Source of the DNA: a virus
Virus record (IMG/VR): IMGVR_UViG_3300020392_000009
Location: 1 to 64,000 of that record
Length of the DNA stretch: 64,000 nt
Strand: one strand, 5' to 3'
The notes below the pieces were generated by a model. The model was given only the letters and a program-made list of their open reading frames with translations, was not told where the DNA came from and ran no database searches. Positions 57,575-64,000 of this stretch are shown here, in pieces (within the stretch, counting starts at the first letter, position 1; each line of letters starts with the position of its first letter). Made by a program: the position numbers and the translations under genes.

Positions 57575-58170
57575 TAGAAAGCCCCATATCTCTCTAGTGT
57601 GTCAATAGCCCAAGTCTGTTCTAAATGCCGAAGTAACTCTTTAATAGTGTTTTTATTTTCTTTTATTCTCTCATCGGTAAGAACACCCGTCACACTAACT
57701 TTTGAGTCTGGACCGCTACCCCTTCTTTCCCAACTTATGAAAACCTCTAACGCAACATCTCCATATTCAGTATCTCTTTTTTCTCCTAACCTTTCAAATA
57801 AAGTATAAATTTTAACAGCATATATGAATTCTTGAACACCAAAATCGGCAACAATAAAACCATGTTTCCGATAGGTTTCCTTAGCCCTATTTTGCCTGTT
57901 TATGCTTTCAGTGTTTATGGTGTATTGTTCAGTTAAATCTTTTTTAAGAAGGCAAGCGGTTTCTTCATCTAAGTCTGGGACAGGTTCATAAAGCCATCCC
58001 TCGATTAGTAAGTTGGATGCTGGTTTTTTAATAGAAACACTACTAAGAATCTTAATAAGCCTGTCATACCATCTACGACAATCATCTTCATCTATATCAA
58101 TATCTATATCTTCTATCTCTTTCACTCTCCCTTGAGTAATAGCATTTTTTAAGATATCTTTCCAATCCAT
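57574..58170 (-). CDS. constant-leader/variable-body paralog 5
   Basis: MDWKDILKNAITQGRVKEIEDIDIDIDEDDC. Confidence 0.8.
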   Translation of the reverse strand: MDWKDILKNAITQGRVKEIEDIDIDIDEDDCRRWYDRLIKILSSVSIKKPASNLLIEGWLYEPVPDLDEETACLLKKDLTEQYTINTESINRQNRAKETYRKHGFIVADFGVQEFIYAVKIYTLFERLGEKRDTEYGDVALEVFISWERRGSGPDSKVSVTGVLTDERIKENKNTIKELLRHLEQTWAIDTLERYGAF

Positions 58171-58838
58171 TAATATCCCCCAAACCGTTTAGATATCACA
58201 TACAAAAAAGAACCCTCTCCATAATTAACATCTGTTCTAGTAGTATGTTCTGAAATTACATTACTTATTGCTCTATCTACATACTTAACATAATCATCAA
58301 AGAATACTCTATTATCACAATGTTTAGAAAATTGTTTTATCATTTTTGCATATGGCTCATAGAAAGAAATTAACTTATTATAAACTTCTTTATCTGTATC
58401 ATTAGGATTAGTAAATTCTTTTATTAAATTATCCGTTGATGCTTCCATACTATCTTCAAAAAGCCCAAAAAATACCGCCCATTCTTGATATTTGGGTAGT
58501 TTTACCGAAATACTAAAAACATAGTCCCTTCCCTTATTGACATAAAAAATAAATATTGGAAAACGACCATCTTCCTTCCTAAGTTTAAAACTAATACCAT
58601 CATAATTTTCTAATTTGTCTTTTAGTTCACAAGCCAGTTCTTCTGAAACTAAATTTATATCTCCGTATGTTGCAAATTTTCTGTGCAATCTGTGTGTAGG
58701 TTTGTATGATTTTATTATTTGGTGTAATCGTATTAGCCACCTTCTGCAATCATCATCTTCTATATCAATATCTATATCCTCAATTTCTTTCACTCTACTT
58801 TGAGTAATAACATTTTTTAAGATATCTTTCCAAACCAT
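58170..58838 (-). CDS. constant-leader/variable-body paralog 4
   Basis: MVWKDILKNVITQSRVKEIEDIDIDIEDDDC. Confidence 0.8.
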   Translation of the reverse strand: MVWKDILKNVITQSRVKEIEDIDIDIEDDDCRRWLIRLHQIIKSYKPTHRLHRKFATYGDINLVSEELACELKDKLENYDGISFKLRKEDGRFPIFIFYVNKGRDYVFSISVKLPKYQEWAVFFGLFEDSMEASTDNLIKEFTNPNDTDKEVYNKLISFYEPYAKMIKQFSKHCDNRVFFDDYVKYVDRAISNVISEHTTRTDVNYGEGSFLYVISKRFGGY

Positions 58839-59527
58839 TAATATCCCCCGAAACTGCTCTTTATAGCCCTTTCAAAAACATCATCGTCAAGGTTAATATT
58901 ATCGTCAAATCTTCCGCCTAATTGCTCAGAACGCATTAACAGCACTTTTTTCACCCTTCTTGCTACATGACTTATATAATTATCAAAGAATATTCTATTC
59001 TTACAATGTTTAGAAAATTGTTTTATCATTTTTCCATATGGCTTATAGAAAGATACTAAGTCATCAAAAAGTTGTAGAAATGGTTCATCCGGTTTAATAA
59101 ATTCCTCTAGCAATATTCGAGGAAAACTACCACCAGCATGTGTTGTTATCGACCATGCCCTATTTTTAGGCTGTCCTGCCAAAATTATAAGAGTATGGCC
59201 TAAAGTTCTAGGGTTATAAAAAAATCCAGCCCCATCTTCTACCTCATCATCAAGACTGGGAGCAAAGCCGAGATATACCGCAGAACCATCATGGTTTTCT
59301 AATTTGCTTTTTATTAGACAAGCCTGTTCTTCTGTAACTCCAGTTATATCTCCATTTGTTACAACCTTACCATGCATTTTGTGTGTAGGCTTGTATGATT
59401 TTATTATTCGTTCTAATTGTATTAGCCATCTGCTACAATCATCGTCGTCAATATCTATATCAATATCCTCTATCTCTTTTACCCTACTTTGAGTAATAAC
59501 ATTCTTGAGAATATCTATCCAATTCAT
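58838..59527 (-). CDS. constant-leader/variable-body paralog 3
   Basis: MNWIDILKNVITQSRVKEIEDIDIDIDDDDC. Confidence 0.8.
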   Translation of the reverse strand: MNWIDILKNVITQSRVKEIEDIDIDIDDDDCSRWLIQLERIIKSYKPTHKMHGKVVTNGDITGVTEEQACLIKSKLENHDGSAVYLGFAPSLDDEVEDGAGFFYNPRTLGHTLIILAGQPKNRAWSITTHAGGSFPRILLEEFIKPDEPFLQLFDDLVSFYKPYGKMIKQFSKHCKNRIFFDNYISHVARRVKKVLLMRSEQLGGRFDDNINLDDDVFERAIKSSFGGY

Positions 59528-59528
59528 A

Positions 59529-60209
59529 TTACTCCCCCCCCTTATACTTACCATTAAATTTCTTTCTTGCTTCTTTCGATGAATCCGGTATTTTTCTAAC
59601 CCTTTCCATGTAATCCTGCATCAATCTTCTAGTGCCTGTAAAATCCCAAGAACAATGCCTATATAACCTCTCAAGAAATCTAAATAAATTTTTATCGGAA
59701 TCAGCAAAATCGTCAAAATCTACCCTTTCAATATGAATTTCAATAAACGATTCGTCTAATTCTTCAAAAGTATTTCTTGGCCAAGATTCCATAAATCTAA
59801 GACTAAGGCTAAGATAAGGTTTTATAGTCCGTTCATACCTATAAGGGTCGCCTTCTTCTTCAACAACAGATAGTCCCATTCTTACTATACTTTCTCCTCT
59901 TTTATTGCTTCCCTCAATCCTAGTATGAGAATTGAAAGGAATAGGCAAGTCTCCCTTTTTATTTACTACCAAAGTTTTTTCTATCGCTTCTTTAAATTCA
60001 CAGGCTTCTGCTTCTGTTATACCTTTACCAACCTTATTGTCTGTTAAGTTATCCATTCCCGCGTCTTTCTTAGCAAAGCCTACAATAATATCTTGAAGTT
60101 GTTTAAGCCATCTAAGACAATCATCATCTTCTATATCAATGTCTATATCCTCAATTTCTTTTACCCTACTTTGGGTAACAGTTTCCTTTAAGATATCCTG
60201 CCACCTCAT
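59529..60209 (-). CDS. constant-leader/variable-body paralog 2
   Basis: MRWQDILKETVTQSRVKEIEDIDIDIEDDDC. Confidence 0.8.
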   Translation of the reverse strand: MRWQDILKETVTQSRVKEIEDIDIDIEDDDCLRWLKQLQDIIVGFAKKDAGMDNLTDNKVGKGITEAEACEFKEAIEKTLVVNKKGDLPIPFNSHTRIEGSNKRGESIVRMGLSVVEEEGDPYRYERTIKPYLSLSLRFMESWPRNTFEELDESFIEIHIERVDFDDFADSDKNLFRFLERLYRHCSWDFTGTRRLMQDYMERVRKIPDSSKEARKKFNGKYKGGE

Positions 60210-60214
60210 ATTAA

Positions 60215-60859
60215 TCACTCATGCCAACTAAATCCAAATTCTCTTGCGTCATAATATCCTGAGTATTTATATATTCCCATAGTATCAATTTTATTATCGT
60301 TTTCATCATAAATACCAGTAAAGAACTCACCATTTGACCACGATAAAATTATAGAAAAGGGTTTACCTTTCTCAGCAATAATGAGTTCATTGATATTATA
60401 TTGATAGTCAAAATTAAAACTTCTCATTATTTCCCAATCTACTCCATCGTGTTCAAAATCATATATTTTATATGTATCACCTACAGCCGATTCATTTCTT
60501 TGATGGCTTTTTAAAATTTCCAATGCTTTACAGGCTACGGGTTCGGGAACAGGATTATAGAGGAATTTAGCACTTTCAAAAAACTCTGAAAATTGTTTAT
60601 TTAATTTTTTTTGAGATAATGAAAAATTTTTTTTATTGACCGCAGGATTGTTATCCTCTATTATTTCAAAATATTCTGCATTTCTTGGCCAACCTGCCTT
60701 CCACCGTTCTTCTAAAAGAAGATTGTAATTTTTCAATTTATTTGCCATTTGCTGTAGTTTTCTATTACAGTCATCATCCTCAATATCAATATCTATATCT
60801 TCGATTTCCTTAACCCTATTTTGGGCTATCGTTTCTTTAAGGATATCTTGCCATGACAA
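60215..60859 (-). CDS. constant-leader/variable-body paralog 1
   Basis: MSWQDILKETIAQNRVKEIEDIDIDIEDDDC. Confidence 0.8.
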   Translation of the reverse strand: MSWQDILKETIAQNRVKEIEDIDIDIEDDDCNRKLQQMANKLKNYNLLLEERWKAGWPRNAEYFEIIEDNNPAVNKKNFSLSQKKLNKQFSEFFESAKFLYNPVPEPVACKALEILKSHQRNESAVGDTYKIYDFEHDGVDWEIMRSFNFDYQYNINELIIAEKGKPFSIILSWSNGEFFTGIYDENDNKIDTMGIYKYSGYYDAREFGFSWHE

Positions 60860-60860
60860 T

Positions 60861-61622
60861 TCAATCCCTCAAATGATTAGACCAACTCTTACTAACCCAA
60901 TCAAAATCTTTAGGGAACGGGGAAATAAATTCTCCTAATATTTGAGCAAGGGCATTCATTTCTATCGGGTATATCTTGTCGCCTTCGGGCAGACTTCTAT
61001 CAATAATCATTCTTTCAATGACTCCTAATTTGACCATATCTTGGGTTACATTAAAGGTGTAATTTATCTTAAATTGCTTATCTTTTACTAGTTCTTTGAG
61101 AGTATTTTTGACCTTTTTTTCTGTTTCGTTTATTTTAACTCTATCTATTTCACTATCCATAGAATCTTGTAAATCTTCTCTTAATTCATCTAAGGCAGAA
61201 TATAAGACTTTTCTAACTTCAGACATCGCTTCATCAGTAACCAACTTTGCTATGTTTTTTATTACTTCTATTTGTTTAGGAGTAAATTTAAATTGTTCTT
61301 TTTCGGGGTCGGGTTCTTCTTCCAATACTGCTATTTCTCCTAAATCTGCTATCTCCTGCAAATCTTCTTGAAACTGCTCATCTTGTAATTTATTTTGAAA
61401 TACATTAAGAGGCGCTGATAAAGCCTCTAACATAACTTCCTCTATCTTAGGAACAGATAAAAATTCAGTTCCTTCTAATTCTCTAATGTATTTGCTTACT
61501 AAATTTTTAGAGGTTTCTATGTAAATACCCCTACTTTTCGCTTGACTAGCCAAATTCTGCAAAACTTTTAACAATCTATTCATAAAAGGATTTCTTTCTT
61601 TTAATATATATTTCCAACTCAT
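60861..61622 (-). CDS. helical protein tagged at N-terminus and possibly C-terminus
   Basis: MSWKYILK ... VSKSWSNHLRD. Confidence 0.65.
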   Translation of the reverse strand: MSWKYILKERNPFMNRLLKVLQNLASQAKSRGIYIETSKNLVSKYIRELEGTEFLSVPKIEEVMLEALSAPLNVFQNKLQDEQFQEDLQEIADLGEIAVLEEEPDPEKEQFKFTPKQIEVIKNIAKLVTDEAMSEVRKVLYSALDELREDLQDSMDSEIDRVKINETEKKVKNTLKELVKDKQFKINYTFNVTQDMVKLGVIERMIIDRSLPEGDKIYPIEMNALAQILGEFISPFPKDFDWVSKSWSNHLRD

Positions 61623-62197
61623 TTTTTATCACCTAAATACTTGTGATGATACTTCTTCTTACCAACCTGCCTACCCTCTCCTGAAAACGGATTATATGGG
61701 CGATTTCTTGCTTTCATTCTAGCCCTTGTTGGCATTGGGTTAGTTTTGATACCTCCCATTCCAAGCCCTCTCTTTTTTCCTTTTCTTTGTTGATTTGCCT
61801 TTGGTTGAGGTTGTCCGTAACTAGGTGAATCTGTTACATTACCAAACTCTTCTTCTAGTTCTTGCATTTCTATATCTCTAACTTTTTTAGAATCTCTTGG
61901 ATTTCTATTTTGTCTTTTGAGCCTAAGTTCTTCTCTTTCACGCTTTTTTCTACCTCTATTTATTAGTCGCATTTCTTTTTCGTTAAAAAAACTACCTTTC
62001 CCTTTTGCTTTCTTTTGACCTAAGCGTTCTTCTGTTTGTCGTTGTTTAGTTTCTCTATTAATTTGAGTTTGCTCAAATTTACTAGGTCGCCTAAAACCAC
62101 CAAAAAGGCTGTCTTTGCCTTTAAAATAAGATTCAGCATCTTTAGTATAGGGATATTTTTCATCCTTACTTCTCTTCAAGATATTTTTCCAACTCAT
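61619..62197 (-). CDS. very basic, probably disordered tagged protein
   Basis: MSWKNILK; K/R-rich. Confidence 0.65.
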   Translation of the reverse strand: MSWKNILKRSKDEKYPYTKDAESYFKGKDSLFGGFRRPSKFEQTQINRETKQRQTEERLGQKKAKGKGSFFNEKEMRLINRGRKKREREELRLKRQNRNPRDSKKVRDIEMQELEEEFGNVTDSPSYGQPQPKANQQRKGKKRGLGMGGIKTNPMPTRARMKARNRPYNPFSGEGRQVGKKKYHHKYLGDKK

Positions 62198-62301
62198 TTC
62201 TTATCACCTGTAACAAAACACTTCTTTGACTTTGCCTCTTTCTCATCAACTTCTTTTGACTTTGCATCAAACCACTTATCGAGATAATTGCACCTTGTCA
62301 T
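62194..62301 (-). CDS. small hypothetical protein (35 aa)
   Basis: Read by hand: MTRCNYLDKWFDAKSKE...CFVTGDKK; fills the gap exactly, ATGA-coupled. Confidence 0.45.
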   Translation of the reverse strand: MTRCNYLDKWFDAKSKEVDEKEAKSKKCFVTGDKK

Positions 62302-62302
62302 A

Positions 62303-62683
62303 TTATTCATCTCTTGTATATTCTAAATCATATTTTAAATCGCCTAAAACAGAAGCAAATATTTTATTTTTCATCAAATCTTGCATGATATCATACTTCT
62401 TCGTTCCATCAAGTATGCTTCTTATTTTTCTTTCTAATATACGCTCTGTTTGCTTCCTATCATAAAACCCTTTCTTAACCAGTTGTTGTGCAGGGGTAGT
62501 CAATATTTGTAATACACTTTCCGGTATTTTATCTACTTCTTCCATGAGGTTTTTTACTATTTCTTTAGTAGCCATATAACTTTCTTTTCCTCCATCGGGA
62601 TTTCTCCTACCGCTACCGTCGGATAATCTATAAGGTGTATCTTTGATACTTATTTTTTTCTTTATCTCATCTTTCCATGTCAT
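62303..62683 (-). CDS. tagged hypothetical protein
   Basis: Starts MTWKDEIK. Confidence 0.65.
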   Translation of the reverse strand: MTWKDEIKKKISIKDTPYRLSDGSGRRNPDGGKESYMATKEIVKNLMEEVDKIPESVLQILTTPAQQLVKKGFYDRKQTERILERKIRSILDGTKKYDIMQDLMKNKIFASVLGDLKYDLEYTRDE

Positions 62684-63042
62684 GATACATCACCTGTAAA
62701 GCCCCTACCCCTGCTCCTTAGTCTTTTCAAATCCTTTGCGTCAATATCACCGTCATTATCAGTATCTAATTTCTTTTGGCCACCAACAAGTTTCTTTTTC
62801 TTTTTACCCATCTTTTCTTCTTCTTTCATTAATCTTGTAGGTAAATCGTCATACGCTCCTTCTATTACTTGAACTGCTTCTTCTACATCGTCGAGAGATA
62901 TATTCAAAGCCCTAGCAATACTTAGATTACTAGGTGGGGAATCGGGATATTTCGCCATCCTTTTATCTACATACGCTTTTACTTTCTTAGCATTTAGCAA
63001 CTTAGTAGTTCTCTTAACTTTCAGTATATCTTGCCATGCCAT
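62680..63042 (-). CDS. tagged protein with HTH-like segment and EF-hand-like loop
   Basis: MAWQDILK; IARALNISLDDV; DTDNDGDIDAKD. Confidence 0.65.
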   Translation of the reverse strand: MAWQDILKVKRTTKLLNAKKVKAYVDKRMAKYPDSPPSNLSIARALNISLDDVEEAVQVIEGAYDDLPTRLMKEEEKMGKKKKKLVGGQKKLDTDNDGDIDAKDLKRLRSRGRGFTGDVS

Positions 63043-63043
63043 G

Positions 63044-63184
63044 TTAATCCCCTTTAATTTTATCAAGATATTCTTTTATTCTTTTGGCTTGGCTTTCATG
63101 CATCTCAACTGCTTTGCCTAGTTCTTCGATTATTTTTTCTAGTTCTGCTACACTACTTTTCTTTATTTCTTCTTTCCATGTCAT
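63044..63184 (-). CDS. small tagged helical protein (46 aa) missing from ORF track
   Basis: Read by hand: MTWKEEIKKSSVAELEKIIEELGKAVEMH...KGD. Confidence 0.65.
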   Translation of the reverse strand: MTWKEEIKKSSVAELEKIIEELGKAVEMHESQAKRIKEYLDKIKGD

Positions 63185-63189
63185 ATTAA

Positions 63190-63405
63190 TCAATCCCTCT
63201 TTCTAAGTCGTTTAATTTCTGTTATATCTGCTTGACATAATTTTATTATTTTTTGAAGTGGTTTTATTAAAAATTTACTACCTTCTTTTTTTACTTTCTC
63301 ATCTAAATCAGGTGTTGCCACAAGTTCGTCATATTCATCTAATAATTCTCTTATGGTGTTTTTTCTCCAACCTATGTTCTTTTTAATAATATCTTTCCAT
63401 GCCAT
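63190..63405 (-). CDS. tagged hypothetical protein
   Basis: Starts MAWKDIIK after GGTGA. Confidence 0.65.
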   Translation of the reverse strand: MAWKDIIKKNIGWRKNTIRELLDEYDELVATPDLDEKVKKEGSKFLIKPLQKIIKLCQADITEIKRLRKRD

Positions 63406-63418
63406 ATTATTCACCTAA

Positions 63419-63718
63419 TCAAACCGGATATATTATTACACATTTATCGTTGTCGTCAAGATTTCTTGGAATTTGACCTGTGTTTTGAAGAATACTAATA
63501 GCACTAGGATTATTGGGAGCATATTCTATTCTTAAATCGCCATCTGTTTCTTCAATGATAATTCCTTCGGCAATCCTATCAATTTGTATTGCCTTTGTCA
63601 TCATATGTTCATCAATATAAACTGTGCTAGATTTATCAAATGTGTTTAATTTTGCTATCAATTCACCTACTGTCATTCCAACTTTTCTTTGCTTTCTTAT
63701 CTCTTCTTTCCATGTCAT
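63419..63718 (-). CDS. tagged hypothetical protein
   Basis: MTWKEEIRK tag ahead of MTVGELIAKLNTFD body. Confidence 0.65.
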   Translation of the reverse strand: MTWKEEIRKQRKVGMTVGELIAKLNTFDKSSTVYIDEHMMTKAIQIDRIAEGIIIEETDGDLRIEYAPNNPSAISILQNTGQIPRNLDDNDKCVIIYPV

Positions 63719-63753
63719 ATTAATTTCTCCTAAAATTTTGTGGCGGATTTTTT

Positions 63754-63999
63754 TTACCTCTTTCTAACTTTGCCACCATCTAAAATAACCCTCGCATAAA
63801 AACGATTAAATTCTTGCAGATGTTTGTTAAATCCTCCTGCATCATCTTTCAATGCCATATCACTCATTTGAGAAATTATCTTATCTGCTTCTTTTCTTTC
63901 CTTCTCACTTAAATCATATGTCTTCATATCATCAACAACTCTTTCAACGGTTGAAAGAAGCCTTGTTGATTTCTTTCGTTGGTTATCATTTTTTAATAT
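63754..63999 (-). CDS. partial ORF cut by window edge, probably another tagged gene
   Basis: Open frame begins ...ILKNDNQRKK at the edge; 81 aa to stop. Confidence 0.55.
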   Translation of the reverse strand: MLKNDNQRKKSTRLLSTVERVVDDMKTYDLSEKERKEADKIISQMSDMALKDDAGGFNKHLQEFNRFYARVILDGGKVRKR

Positions 64000-64000
64000 C

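Noticed and set aside
56915-60859. Repeated leader DNA as a CRISPR array or DGR template/variable repeats
   Set aside because: Repeats are in-frame coding sequence about 650 bp apart with synonymous variation; no reverse transcriptase and no adenine-specific mismatch pattern seen
10367-62465. Numerous plus-strand ORFs opposite the virion genes (and minus-strand ORFs in 0.8-7.7 kb)
   Set aside because: Antisense shadows of real genes, with S/F/L-rich composition and no operon coupling
43161-63718. Tag as a purely nucleotide-level start-associated element or a secretion signal peptide
   Set aside because: Synonymous codons vary freely and the motif also occurs at C-termini; there is no hydrophobic h-region or twin-arginine pattern
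1-64000. tRNA/rRNA genes
   Set aside because: Almost no intergenic space and no cloverleaf-like GC-rich segment noticed by eye; tRNAscan-SE in archaeal mode would be needed to exclude them

Overview
This is a 64 kb AT-rich, gene-dense fragment of a tailed dsDNA virus (Caudoviricetes, HK97-type head). It most likely infects an archaeon. The replication genes are archaeal-type, Shine-Dalgarno sites read GGTGA/GGAGG, and gene content and order resemble 'magroviruses' of Marine Group II Poseidoniales (recognised from memory, not by search). Plus strand, 1-7.9 kb: replication module with the C-terminal half of a split PolB (PIP box), Cas4-like nuclease, AEP primase, ERCC4 nuclease, MCM-like ATPase and DEDD exonuclease, ending in a strong hairpin terminator. 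Minus strand, 8-64 kb: virion module with tail fibre/baseplate, tape measure, frameshifting tail chaperone, tail tube, adaptor, a small-GTPase/membrane cluster, major capsid protein, protease-scaffold, ATP-dependent DNA ligase, portal, a LAGLIDADG protein and TerL. The main unexplained signal is a short peptide tag, W-x-[DEN]-[IE]-[LI]-K (typically MSWKDILK). It sits at the N-terminus of about 25 mostly unrelated proteins and at the C-terminus or interior of about 4 more. The scaffold's extreme C-terminus (MDWSEIHK) resembles it. I infer a capsid cargo-loading system: a scaffold-mimicking, protease-removable targeting peptide attached to a variable library of internal or injected proteins. The library includes a tandem array of six paralogs with a constant leader and variable bodies. 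No CRISPR array, rRNA or recognisable tRNA was seen.
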